Virus record (IMG/VR): IMGVR_UViG_3300023184_000039
Coordinates: 64,001-128,000 of that record
Source: a virus
DNA: 64,000 nucleotides
Direction: 5' to 3' (one strand)
Shown: in pieces, positions 25,505 to 34,696 of the stretch
How the letters are laid out: each line of letters starts with the position of its first letter
Numbering within the stretch: the first letter of the stretch is position 1
Translations under genes and position numbers: made by a program
Notes under the pieces: model-generated
The model's database searches: none
What the model saw: the letters and a program-made list of their open reading frames with translations, nothing else
Told to the model about the DNA's origin: nothing

Positions 25505-25914
25505 GGTTGACGGTTTTTAAGATGGTCAACAACTGAATACCTAACAAGATGTGGTGTGGTTTGTGCAAATTCTGGATTAAGAATTTTCCTCCACCCATAC
25601 GGTGATTGCATTAAGACACCAGGCAATCCTGTTGCCTCGCACGTTGTGGCAGCAATCGCCTCATATTTCTTAACGACGGCATTCATCTTTGAGAGAGCCT
25701 CTCCATCGTAAACATCTGATTGCTCAAAGTAGTAACGCAATCCAGCAAACTTTTGTTTAATCTGAACGACAATGTAATTGGAGTCTATTTCGGTTAACTC
25801 TTTGTCGCAATCAATAACAATCCGATACCAACCCTCGTCAACATCTATGGATTTATAAAACGGTGGGGATATCTTTTCCTTTAACTTCTCAACGGCAACC
25901 TGCAACTCATTCAC
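25501..25914 (-). CDS. Conserved phage hypothetical protein
   Basis: GW...QIKQKFAGLRYY...CE-x-TG-x-PG motif. Confidence 0.6.
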   Translation of the reverse strand: MNELQVAVEKLKEKISPPFYKSIDVDEGWYRIVIDCDKELTEIDSNYIVVQIKQKFAGLRYYFEQSDVYDGEALSKMNAVVKKYEAIAATTCEATGLPGVLMQSPYGWRKILNPEFAQTTPHLVRYSVVDHLKNRQP

Positions 25915-26173
25915 TGATTGGTTCCATGTTCTTCTTTAATAGGTCCTCGTATGCCTCATTCGGGGTATTTCCGATACCAATAAGTTTTGACTCATCGGAA
26001 TCCATCCAGAAGTCAACAGCGCTGCCATCATCACCAAATACATAGTCCATATAGTTGTTGCTAATGTTTTCATCGTCCCAACTCCCAATTGCATGCCACT
26101 TACCACCCTCGTAGGTGCCTCCGTAGCGAGATTGACGAATCACAATTGGGTACAAATTTATTTTTTTGTCCAT
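25907..26173 (-). CDS. Hypothetical protein
   Basis: Fits the minus-strand operon packing. Confidence 0.55.
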   Translation of the reverse strand: MDKKINLYPIVIRQSRYGGTYEGGKWHAIGSWDDENISNNYMDYVFGDDGSAVDFWMDSDESKLIGIGNTPNEAYEDLLKKNMEPISE

Positions 26174-26181
26174 ACGATATG

Positions 26182-27009
26182 TTATCGCATTACAAGGAAC
26201 ATGTCGCCCTCTAATGCGTGTGCGAATATCCCATCAAATATTCGCTCTTCTGAGGAAAATCCCCCCGTGACAGCATGATATAGGCGTGATAGGTCAGCAA
26301 AAACAACATCGTATTGTTGCCACCGATGTTCAAATTGAACCGATGCGTCATACTTGATGGTGTTGGCAATTTTGCACATAATCGTTTCAAATCTTTGACG
26401 TTCTTTTTCGCCCCATTGGCGTCCCTGGTCGCAACAAAGTTTATCACCGTATGGAATATTCGTATTTGGTGGCATATATACCATTTCATTACCCGTAAGG
26501 TAATGTTTTTTTATCGGACAATAAATAGGGTGGTTGGAATCCACCGCACCATGTGCTTGCTCAACATAGAGGGACTTTTTCAAGAATTCAGCATCATCTT
26601 GTGAAAGATTTTGATACAACTGGATTCCATCAACAAAAAATGTTTTACCAGAATTAGGGGAGCAGGTAAATGTCCTCATGTTCCACGATGCACCAACGGC
26701 TGGATTTGGAAAGCCGATATGCTCCATATGCCAAACAACCAAAATATCATCCGTGCCAGTTGTAGCATTTTCCAAATTCCTCATATCAATGGTATGAGAG
26801 TGATTTTCCCTGTATGGAGTGTAATGCCCAGAGTCTCTCTGATTATTTGGGAACCATTTTGTAATATCCCCGAATGATTTCATAAGACTCAATTGCTCAT
26901 CGCGAGACATGTCATATCCACGCAAAACGAAACAACCAGATGCCATGTATTCTTCAAAGCACAAAGCAATATCAATTTCTTGAAATGATGATATTTCGTA
27001 AGTTTTCAT
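26182..27009 (-). CDS. TauD/TfdA-like Fe(II)/2-oxoglutarate dioxygenase
   Basis: WHMEH (H-x-E), G-x-T-x-F-x-D, H-x-W-x-x-x-D-VV-x-x-D...H...R; start moved to the ATG at 27009 because the upstream frame is a tRNA. Confidence 0.75.
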   Translation of the reverse strand: MKTYEISSFQEIDIALCFEEYMASGCFVLRGYDMSRDEQLSLMKSFGDITKWFPNNQRDSGHYTPYRENHSHTIDMRNLENATTGTDDILVVWHMEHIGFPNPAVGASWNMRTFTCSPNSGKTFFVDGIQLYQNLSQDDAEFLKKSLYVEQAHGAVDSNHPIYCPIKKHYLTGNEMVYMPPNTNIPYGDKLCCDQGRQWGEKERQRFETIMCKIANTIKYDASVQFEHRWQQYDVVFADLSRLYHAVTGGFSSEERIFDGIFAHALEGDMFLVMR

Positions 27010-27084
27010 GGCTGACGAGGTAGGGGTCGAACCTACGACAAGCGGATTAACAGTCCGCTGCTCTGCCAACTGAGCTACTCGTCA
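27009..27084 (-). tRNA. tRNA-Asn (GTT) with encoded CCA
   Basis: Reverse complement TGACGAG TA GCTC AGTTGGCA GAGC A GCGGA CT GTT AA TCCGC TTGTC GTAGG TTCGACC CCTAC CTCGTCA G CCA folds as a cloverleaf. Confidence 0.95.
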
Positions 27085-27113
27085 TTGATTTATTGAAGAC
27101 TAGTTCATCTTTG

Positions 27114-27185
27114 TATCCCATGGAGGAATCGAACTTCCATCGATTGCTTAGAAGGCAATTGCTTTATCCATTAAGCTAATGGGAT
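27114..27185 (-). tRNA. tRNA-Arg (TCT), no encoded CCA
   Basis: Reverse complement ATCCCAT TA GCTT AATGGATA AAGC A ATTGC CT TCT AA GCAAT CGAT GGAAG TTCGATT CCTCC ATGGGAT A; one A-C mismatch in the T stem. Confidence 0.85.
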
Positions 27186-27682
27186 TAGATTTTCTTCTCT
27201 TTCTTTTGCTTCCGCCTGCGCTCACTGCGCTCTTGATTCCACCTTTTGTGACACGTCTTGCAATCACGCATTTTGAAGCCGGTATGTTTGCTGATTTTCC
27301 AATAGGTATTTCCTTCGTCGTAAAGATGGCCGTGTTTGCAGTGGGTTTTCCGGCTCTCCTTGTGATTTCCATGCAAGACAGAGTAACGCTGGTTATGTGA
27401 ACGAGTTCCAACTTCTAGGTGGTCTGGGCGAACGCATGGCGGATGATTGCAGAGATGACAAACTTCCATCCCATCCGGAACAGGACCGTTTAGTTTTTCC
27501 CAAATATATTTATGCGTCTGAATGTTTCCGCTTATTCCATTTCGTTTGCACGAAAACATGCCATATGTTTTTACTGTGTTCGCAGTCCATTCCCAACAAT
27601 CTGGTTTATCTGGATTACGTCCAGATTTATCTACCTTCTCCCAAAAACGTTCTTCTTCTGGTATTGGTTTTCTTCCTGCCAT
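27185..27682 (-). CDS. Free-standing HNH homing endonuclease
   Basis: RFW-x-KV...CWEW...YG...H-x-C-x-x-P-x-CV-x-P-x-HL-x-x-GT-x-x-x-N plus C-terminal KTHC-x-x-GH...C-x-x-C. Confidence 0.88.
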   Translation of the reverse strand: MAGRKPIPEEERFWEKVDKSGRNPDKPDCWEWTANTVKTYGMFSCKRNGISGNIQTHKYIWEKLNGPVPDGMEVCHLCNHPPCVRPDHLEVGTRSHNQRYSVLHGNHKESRKTHCKHGHLYDEGNTYWKISKHTGFKMRDCKTCHKRWNQERSERRRKQKKEKKI

Positions 27683-27686
27683 GCCT

Positions 27687-29606
27687 CTACTTTATCGGAC
27701 ATGCCCCTGTGGCACAATCATCTAAGGTAATTTCAATATCATGCGAGCGTTGAACCAATGGGATTGAGTGGTTGATTTTGGCAACAGATTTTTCGTATTC
27801 TGCTTGGGTTATTTCCTCGTATGGGGGCAATTGGAAGTTGTGGTCAGCATGCAACAAGAAAGATACGGATTTGACATTCTTGTCATAGTTCTTTGATAGC
27901 CACAATTTGATTTCTTCCAATTCTTCCTTGCGATAATACACTGTTACCGAAACAGCATTATCTGCCCACATGGTTTGCATTTTTTTGACCCATTCAAGTT
28001 GCTCAAGTGCGGTCATGTTCTTTGCAAGCATTGAACCTTCTGGTGACATGCATGGAAACTCAACAACAAAACGGGTGTGGTCTTCTCTGCCGTCAATGCC
28101 AACATCGTATTGAACCTTGTATCCGCGCTTCCTGCATGAATCAACAAGTGGGTCAGAGGAGCCGAAGCGGACTCTACGGATGTAGTAGGGAGCGAATGCT
28201 GGATGGATTCCGGGGGTAACACCCGGAAGCAGGGACAGGGTTCCCGATGGTTGCACGGTTGTGAGTCGAACCGATACTGGGAGATTATTCGCTTCGGAAT
28301 ACTCCTTATCAAATTTCTCAAGTTCCTTATACGCAGCATCAAGCCATGAAACCTGTTCATCCGAACATTGCAAAACACCAGTAACAGATTGACCCAAACG
28401 TGCATTCTTCCTCACGATTGTCGTTGTTTTCTCGTAAGGGTAGGACATTTGGGTGATTTGCTTCTGCACCTTATAGAGCAATCGGGAAACCTCAAGTAAT
28501 TGTTCAAGAGATTCAATGTTTGGTAAGAAGATTGTTGCTAGGTTGCACGATTCTCCATTACCCAAGGCAATCTCTGCACACGGATTAAAGCCCTCCACAG
28601 AGGAGTCAGGCTTTGATTCTCCCAATCTCCCGTACTTCCTTGCAAGTTTCCTATTCAAGAGGCCGTAGGGCTCTCCAGAGCCGTCGTAGCCCCTCCAGAG
28701 TTCTGGTTGTATCTCCTCATAAGAGTCTGCATAGATACTGTTGTTTGAATTGGCGCGCCAACCCGGAACAGAACCAGATGACCAGTTTTTTGCACGCAGG
28801 AACAGAACATCGTCTGGGTCACCCATTGCTATTTGTGCTGAACGACGAGACGAACCAGAAACAACAATGCGACCGATGATGTTGCAGATGTCTAGGACAT
28901 CAATTGAGCGAAGCTTCTTGCCGACACGGTTGTCCATCACTAGGCAAATGTCTTTTATCCCATCAATCAATGCACCAGGTCCAGATGCCGTACCACCAAA
29001 TGTCTTGAGTTCTGCGCCATATTCACGAATGAGGACAGTGGAGTACGAAAATGATTTTCCTGTGTAGAAATATGACTTAAGAACGGCATGAAGCAATCTC
29101 TTCCATCCATGACGAGAATCTGGAACGATGATGTCTGCATCATTGCTTCTTTCCTGAGTAACCACAACACCACCAAGAACTTTAGGCAAATCGTGAATTT
29201 TGGAACGCTCTACCGAAAAGCCAACACCACCACCGAGCATTAGGTATTCAAAAATCATTTCAAAGTCTTCAATTTTTTCAATGTTTGTAAAATAGCAATT
29301 ATTTAAAGATGCAGCATTTAGTTTTTTTACTAATGGTGTTCCCAACTGCCATAGTGAACGACCCGAAAAAGTACATCGTAAATTAAACATGTGGTCAAAG
29401 AGTGTTTGCGCCTCTTCTGTTGAATAAGGGACACCAACCTCAATTGCTCCGTTGATTGTTCTTTGAATTGTCTCTGACCATGTCTCAAGTTCGCCATTGC
29501 TTTTCTTGCGCGAGTATGTGCGAAGGTAAACAATTTCACCGAGTCCATTAAATCCCCATGGTGGTGTTTTTGTTTCATACGTCGCAACAAAACTATCGTC
29601 AATCAT
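27687..29606 (-). CDS. nrdJ: Class II (adenosylcobalamin-dependent) ribonucleotide reductase, monomeric RTPR type
   Basis: RTYSR, LNNC, GGGVG, NPCAEI, TTVQPSGTLSLL, C-terminal CATGACPIK. Confidence 0.93.
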   Translation of the reverse strand: MIDDSFVATYETKTPPWGFNGLGEIVYLRTYSRKKSNGELETWSETIQRTINGAIEVGVPYSTEEAQTLFDHMFNLRCTFSGRSLWQLGTPLVKKLNAASLNNCYFTNIEKIEDFEMIFEYLMLGGGVGFSVERSKIHDLPKVLGGVVVTQERSNDADIIVPDSRHGWKRLLHAVLKSYFYTGKSFSYSTVLIREYGAELKTFGGTASGPGALIDGIKDICLVMDNRVGKKLRSIDVLDICNIIGRIVVSGSSRRSAQIAMGDPDDVLFLRAKNWSSGSVPGWRANSNNSIYADSYEEIQPELWRGYDGSGEPYGLLNRKLARKYGRLGESKPDSSVEGFNPCAEIALGNGESCNLATIFLPNIESLEQLLEVSRLLYKVQKQITQMSYPYEKTTTIVRKNARLGQSVTGVLQCSDEQVSWLDAAYKELEKFDKEYSEANNLPVSVRLTTVQPSGTLSLLPGVTPGIHPAFAPYYIRRVRFGSSDPLVDSCRKRGYKVQYDVGIDGREDHTRFVVEFPCMSPEGSMLAKNMTALEQLEWVKKMQTMWADNAVSVTVYYRKEELEEIKLWLSKNYDKNVKSVSFLLHADHNFQLPPYEEITQAEYEKSVAKINHSIPLVQRSHDIEITLDDCATGACPIK

Positions 29607-29677
29607 TTGATGTGCCCCTCAATGTGGTCGTTTGGTTCCTGAAAGATACCAGTTTACATCACCAAAAAATAGTGAAA

Positions 29678-30013
29678 TTAAGAAATTAGACCTAATTCTT
29701 TTGCCTTCACAAGTGGGATGTAGTCACCCTTCCTGTGGATAAGTACGCGTATTGTTGCGAACTGAGTTAATTGACGATTTTCGTAGATATCTTCTTCAAC
29801 AAGAACTGTTTGTGTTTCTTTGAGCAATTCAATCTGATTGAATCCAGCAATGTGTTTTGGTGGAACCTGACTACCAGCACAATCTCCGGTTGGGTGACCA
29901 CAAACTGGGCACGGTCTTCTGTCGGCAGGAAATACTTCTGCTCCAGCAATTGAATATTTGCCGTTGAATCCGAGTCCGCCACCTGCCCTGAATGGTTCTG
30001 GGTAACTTTCCAT
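29678..30013 (-). CDS. Hypothetical protein (CPVCGHPTGDC)
   Basis: ORF with a Cys/His cluster. Confidence 0.55.
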   Translation of the reverse strand: MESYPEPFRAGGGLGFNGKYSIAGAEVFPADRRPCPVCGHPTGDCAGSQVPPKHIAGFNQIELLKETQTVLVEEDIYENRQLTQFATIRVLIHRKGDYIPLVKAKELGLIS

Positions 30014-30025
30014 ATATAAAGTTTA

Positions 30026-30673
30026 TCAGTAATCTAATTCGCTAAATTCAAAAACCTCAAAGCCATCTCTATACATTTGCTTGACAATGGCATGTCGACT
30101 TGCTTCATCTGCATTCATGTCAATTTTTTCGCCGAGAATGGATACCATCATTGAGGGAAACATGCTCTCCCTGAGGATTTTGGTTGCATCGTCTGGAGCG
30201 GCCAACATTTTCTTCCACTTAACGGAACGGTTTGTCCCATATGAATACGGTATGGCAACAAGGCTCACAACGGGCTTTTCTGATTCTTTGGAAACACATG
30301 CATGCGTAATCGTAAGGCATTCCTTGATTTTCTCCGTGTTGGCAAACATTTGTTTTAAGTCTTTGCCGCGACTGGCGAGTGGGTCTAGTGAAACAAACCC
30401 CTCTGCGACCATGGTGATGTCTGTGACATGCCAGTACTTCCTCATTGCAAGACAAACATTGAACGATTGCTGAAATCTATTTGCTGGAATTTGCTTCATG
30501 CTCTCTTTGCCCATCTGGCAGATTATCCGAAGCCTGGGGCCGTCCCAGCCAAAAAAGTTAAAACTGAGGTCTTCCCCAATTCCGTCTCTCTTAACCCCAT
30601 CCTCTTTCGCCAACTGTGACGATGTGGAAATTAGAGCCATTTTGTTTATGTCGTCAGAGTAGTCATCAATCAT
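30026..30673 (-). CDS. Hypothetical protein
   Basis: 215-aa ORF with GGGAG SD. Confidence 0.6.
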   Translation of the reverse strand: MIDDYSDDINKMALISTSSQLAKEDGVKRDGIGEDLSFNFFGWDGPRLRIICQMGKESMKQIPANRFQQSFNVCLAMRKYWHVTDITMVAEGFVSLDPLASRGKDLKQMFANTEKIKECLTITHACVSKESEKPVVSLVAIPYSYGTNRSVKWKKMLAAPDDATKILRESMFPSMMVSILGEKIDMNADEASRHAIVKQMYRDGFEVFEFSELDY

Positions 30674-30762
30674 CTCCCAACCCTAATACAAAACCCCTAG
30701 AAATCAGGGTATGGGTGGAGTTCCACTACGGACGGCAATCGTGTGACTAGAATCTACATTCT

Positions 30763-30987
30763 ATGACAAACTCAAAAACCCCAAAAAAGAAGACCCCAGC
30801 AAAAAAGGCTCCAGCAAAAAAAGTTGCAGCGAAAACTGCCACCCCAGTTGCAAAAACGGAATCCTCTTCGGCTACGACCGGAACAGCAACTCCAACTTCT
30901 GCCTCATCGGCACAAATGGTAAAGATTGCCGTTCAAGTCGCGCCAAAAAAGAAATCGTTTTTACGTCGCCTTTTCGGCGCAAAGTAA
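30763..30987 (+). CDS. Small Lys/Ala/Pro-rich histone-like protein
   Basis: KKKTPAKKAPAKKVAAK repeats; TAGAAT just upstream. Confidence 0.55.
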   Translation: MTNSKTPKKKTPAKKAPAKKVAAKTATPVAKTESSSATTGTATPTSASSAQMVKIAVQVAPKKKSFLRRLFGAK

Positions 30988-31203
30988 TTACTTTTTGCGT
31001 TGGTCTCGCTTCATCTGGCGAAACTCTTCTTCAACCTGCGCGTCAAATTCTGCTTGGTGCTTACGGCTAATGACAATCATTGCTCGTCGGCGTGATTCTG
31101 CGCGCATTGCTACTACTTCTTTGCGTTGCATGCGCTCGTCTTCTGCCAAACGTGGACGACCACGCTTCATACCACTTGATTTGAGTTTTGTGTATTCGCT
31201 CAT
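30988..31203 (-). CDS. Small basic protein with an AT-hook-like KRGRPR
   Basis: AGGAG SD; KRGRPR motif. Confidence 0.55.
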   Translation of the reverse strand: MSEYTKLKSSGMKRGRPRLAEDERMQRKEVVAMRAESRRRAMIVISRKHQAEFDAQVEEEFRQMKRDQRKK

Positions 31204-31258
31204 TTTTGCTCCTTGGTTTAATATGGCTTTTTATTAGAGTAATAAAGGTAATCAAACT

Positions 31259-31462
31259 ATGACAAAACAACAACCCCAAATAGAAGTTTTTTTGCCGAAT
31301 TTTAGAAATGCAATATCCGATTATTTGTCAGAGCTGGTAAAGGTTTCCTCGGATTTTGTAGAAAAATCAGAAGTCATTGACAAACTTCTTGACATACTTG
31401 GCAACGACGAGGGATACCCCATTGACGGGGACGAGATGGCTAGATATTGGTCTAGGCGTTAG
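31259..31462 (+). CDS. Hypothetical protein
   Basis: ORF fills the gap between neighbours. Confidence 0.45.
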   Translation: MTKQQPQIEVFLPNFRNAISDYLSELVKVSSDFVEKSEVIDKLLDILGNDEGYPIDGDEMARYWSRR

Positions 31463-31928
31463 GTAAATCGTAGTCTTTCTTGCTTAACATATTTATTGTT
31501 TCTGATTTTTGAACAACATATGCCAGTGCAGGATTTTCTGAATTTGGAGCCATCACACGCTTTGTATTTTCGTTGTAGAGATTCGGCAATGACCTGAGGT
31601 ATCTCTTAATTCTGTCAACTTTAAACATGACAAAAGATTCATCAACTGCAAATATGTAAACCCACCAAACGGCTTTCGTTACATTTAATCCAGATGGAAC
31701 CCATATTTGATTCCCCTCTGCATCTTTCCTGTTTCCTGGGCTTTGGTGTGTTTCAATGACCATATTGCCATTTTTGTATCTATCTGTTTTTACCTCAACC
31801 GCGCCAGAACCGATAAGTTTTGCAAATTCAACTATGGACACTTCACCGGATTGACCAAACTCTAAATCTTTCTTGAAATCAATCTGATTGCCAAGTGCGC
31901 TGATGTCATAATCGGATAGTCGAGACAT
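31452..31928 (-). CDS. PD-(D/E)xK-like phage protein
   Basis: F-x-x-DL-x-x-G-x-x-GE...VEVKTD...GN-x-x-IE...PSGL-x-x-TKA-x-WW; start at ATG 31928. Confidence 0.6.
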   Translation of the reverse strand: MSRLSDYDISALGNQIDFKKDLEFGQSGEVSIVEFAKLIGSGAVEVKTDRYKNGNMVIETHQSPGNRKDAEGNQIWVPSGLNVTKAVWWVYIFAVDESFVMFKVDRIKRYLRSLPNLYNENTKRVMAPNSENPALAYVVQKSETINMLSKKDYDLPNA

Positions 31929-31946
31929 ATGGACTATCCTATAGGT

Positions 31947-32969
31947 ATGGCACACGAGATTGAAACGACCAACGGACAAGCGAGAATGGCTTACTCTGGG
32001 CCTTCCGTGCCATGGCACAAACTTGGAACATCAGTACGAGACTTGCAGACCATACCCGAAATGCTTCGTGCGGCTAATGCTGATTTTGATGTTGTAACCG
32101 CAGATGTGGCTGCCGTTGATGCTCACGGAAGATTCATTTTAAATGCTAATGGAACTCCGGTTATTGTCCCTAAAACCCGTGCCACAATTCGTGTAAACGA
32201 TGATGGCTCATTTGATGGACTCGGAACAGTTGGTACCAGATACGTCGTACAGCAAAATAGGGAAGTTCTAGAACTTGCACTTGCTGTGTGTGGCGTATCA
32301 AAGGGGCAGGCGGTTCTTGATACATGCGGCGTACTCAACGGGGGGCAAGAATTCTTTGCCACGATTGACCTGGGACAAGTAGTAATTGACCCAAACGGTC
32401 TCAAGGACGTGGTTAAGCAATATATTGTTGTACACAATGGGCATGATGGAAAAACACCAATTTCATTTGCGAACACACCAATACGTGCAGTCTGTAAGAA
32501 CACAGTTTTCGCAGCAATGCAGTCGTCGGCAAAGGTGAGTGCTCGACACACAAAGAATGCCGACCTCATTGTCACGAACGCGCGCGAAGTTTTACAATTA
32601 TCAAGCCAGTCCTCTGATTCAATTCTTAGTTCGGCGACCAAATTGTCAAAAATAGAAATCCCTAACAGGTCAAATGCCTTCATGAATGCCGTGAACAATG
32701 TTTTTATCCAAAATAAAAACGAAACAAAACTTCAGCAGAAAAACAGAGAAAACATCATTGACGAAATCATCACCCTTTATTCGGCACCCAATAATGCTGG
32801 CGGTTATGGGTATACGGGGTGGTCGCTTTACAATACGATTGCCGAATACCTTGACCACCACAGGAATGCCACCGCTCAAGAAAAAGCAATGGCATCAATG
32901 GACGCCTATTCGTGGGTAAACAAGAAGAAATCACTTGCCCACGAAGCAATCCTTTCCCTAGCAAACTAG
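31947..32969 (+). CDS. DUF932-family phage/plasmid protein
   Basis: MAHEIE...PWH-x-LG...Y-x-x-x-QN...N-x-HDG...TP-x-R-x-VC-x-NT...RHT...T-x-W-x-x-YN-x-x-x-EY-x-DH. Confidence 0.85.
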   Translation: MAHEIETTNGQARMAYSGPSVPWHKLGTSVRDLQTIPEMLRAANADFDVVTADVAAVDAHGRFILNANGTPVIVPKTRATIRVNDDGSFDGLGTVGTRYVVQQNREVLELALAVCGVSKGQAVLDTCGVLNGGQEFFATIDLGQVVIDPNGLKDVVKQYIVVHNGHDGKTPISFANTPIRAVCKNTVFAAMQSSAKVSARHTKNADLIVTNAREVLQLSSQSSDSILSSATKLSKIEIPNRSNAFMNAVNNVFIQNKNETKLQQKNRENIIDEIITLYSAPNNAGGYGYTGWSLYNTIAEYLDHHRNATAQEKAMASMDAYSWVNKKKSLAHEAILSLAN

Positions 32970-33032
32970 GAAACATGGGAACATTGGAGAGAACATCATC
33001 TAAGGGGAAACCCAGAATACGGTGGGCAGCAA

Positions 33033-33473
33033 ATGAGTGATTTCCAACAAGGTGACGATGAGTGGATTGAGTATGAACCACTCATCCCTATTGACAAGGA
33101 AGATGTCGTTAGTTTTCTGGCCGATTTTGTCTCTGGTGCCGTAACTTCGGAGAGCATGTACCGGGACAATTTTTGCGCCATCGCCGCGGGCAAGGCATAC
33201 CACGAATTTGGGCCAGAAGGGTTATGTCAGTTAATGCTGGCGATTGACGACAGGGCAAACTGGATAAGCGACATCATTATTGACGCTGCGGACATTGATG
33301 ATATTTTATACAAAAAGTACGGAGTATTTGGGGGCGATGTTGTGTTTAAGGCAAGGCAGACCAATGCCATGCAGGAAATGAACCAAAAGATGTGGGCATT
33401 AAGGCGAAAATATACAAAGAAAATCGCCGACGAGATATATCAGGTTGATGCAATTCCAACCGAAAGCGAATAG
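33033..33473 (+). CDS. Hypothetical protein
   Basis: 146-aa acidic ORF. Confidence 0.55.
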   Translation: MSDFQQGDDEWIEYEPLIPIDKEDVVSFLADFVSGAVTSESMYRDNFCAIAAGKAYHEFGPEGLCQLMLAIDDRANWISDIIIDAADIDDILYKKYGVFGGDVVFKARQTNAMQEMNQKMWALRRKYTKKIADEIYQVDAIPTESE

Positions 33474-33572
33474 TTGACCTTTCATTCCGTACGCCGTACA
33501 TCTGATAAAATTGTGAGTACTGAAGAACTCACAATCTAGAGGAGTTCTCGGACCTAACTAAGGAGTAATAAA

Positions 33573-34004
33573 ATGTCAGCTTACGTACAACAAACACTCG
33601 CAATGACCGTAAATGGTGTAGTTGCCACAACTAGCACGGTAGTCGTTCGGGTTCCATTTTATGCTCGCGTTCGCGGCATCACTGCGGCCGTGGGAACTGC
33701 TCCTGTAGGTGCGGCACTCAACGGAACTGTTCGCAAGGCATCCGCATCAGGAACTGTTGTTGGAACTTGGTCAATCGCAGCCGGAGCAACTTCAGCTGTA
33801 GCAACAATGTCAAGCGTGGATGGTGCAGACCAACTCGCAGCAGATGACTTGCTCGTTCTTGTTGTAGCCGCTGTTGGTTCAAGCACTGCAGGTTCAAACT
33901 TGACAGCACTTATTCAATGGGATGCTTCGGCAGACCAAGACGGAGTAAACGTCCACTCGAACACGGTTCACCGTGGTGGTCATGCTGGAAGCGTTGTTTC
34001 CTGA
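33573..34004 (+). CDS. Probable virion structural (decoration-like, beta-rich) protein
   Basis: Ala/Val/Thr/Gly-rich; own CATCTGATAAAAT promoter (33499), capsid-gene-like leader (ACTAAGGA) and own terminator. Confidence 0.5.
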   Translation: MSAYVQQTLAMTVNGVVATTSTVVVRVPFYARVRGITAAVGTAPVGAALNGTVRKASASGTVVGTWSIAAGATSAVATMSSVDGADQLAADDLLVLVVAAVGSSTAGSNLTALIQWDASADQDGVNVHSNTVHRGGHAGSVVS

Positions 34005-34040
34005 TAATTAAAAATTTCTAGTAGTAATTTAGGACATCCG

Positions 34041-34078
34041 AAAATACCAGTGGAGTTAAATCCACTGGTATTTTTGTT
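34041..34078 (+). terminator. Intrinsic (likely bidirectional) terminator
   Basis: AAAATACCAGTGGA-GTTAAA-TCCACTGGTATTTTT perfect stem. Confidence 0.85.
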
Positions 34079-34097
34079 TATATGGGATAATTATTAA

Positions 34098-34391
34098 ATG
34101 ACAATAAATAAAAACACAAAAACGGTTGTCAGATTCCTTGCCATTGGAATAATGCTGTCTGGGATGCTTTCCTGTGGGGACTCCTATCGGTATAAATGCC
34201 AAGACCCAGACAATTTTGGCAAGCCAGAATGCGTCCCACCAGGTTGCCTAGCAGATAACTCATGCACCTCAACCGTTCTTGGTTTTGACCCATTGCTTCC
34301 AGAACAAACGAATCAAACAGAATTGGTTCCAAACCAATCGCAGGACACTATTCCGTGCCCTTGCCCAACACAGGAGACTACAGCGCCATGA
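34098..34391 (+). CDS. Cys-rich lipoprotein
   Basis: Signal peptide ending MLSC; YRY-x-CQDP-x-N...EC-x-PP-x-C...C. Confidence 0.65.
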   Translation: MTINKNTKTVVRFLAIGIMLSGMLSCGDSYRYKCQDPDNFGKPECVPPGCLADNSCTSTVLGFDPLLPEQTNQTELVPNQSQDTIPCPCPTQETTAP

Positions 34392-34696
34392 GTAAACGAT
34401 TTACACCAGCAGAACTTGATGCACGCCTAAAGTTTATTATTGGATGCCTACTGGGGGCAGTGCTCCTTATGACGACTGGGGCAATACTCTATGCACTCGT
34501 ATTCGTGACTCAGCCAATTGGAGCGCAAGCCGAGAACGACAAGATGTTCTTTGGTGTTCTTTCAAGCGTTGCAACATTCATCACTGGCACACTTGCTGGA
34601 TTGATGATTTCTACTGGCAAAGGTACCGGCGATGATGATGGCAATGGAATCCCAGATGCAGAAGAAAAACAATTAGGGAAACCTAACAAGTCGTAA
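34388..34696 (+). CDS. Two-TM membrane protein (holin-like size and topology)
   Basis: Two hydrophobic helices; ATGA coupling to the lipoprotein gene. Confidence 0.6.
   Translation: MSKRFTPAELDARLKFIIGCLLGAVLLMTTGAILYALVFVTQPIGAQAENDKMFFGVLSSVATFITGTLAGLMISTGKGTGDDDGNGIPDAEEKQLGKPNKS

Noticed and set aside
27010-27069. N-terminal extension of the dioxygenase ORF (MAEQRTVNPLVVGSTPT)
   Set aside because: It is the translation of tRNA-Asn
27687-29606. Intein or intron in nrdJ (also considered for the primase-helicase and SNF2 genes)
   Set aside because: Lengths are normal, motifs are contiguous and no splice-junction or LAGLIDADG signatures were seen
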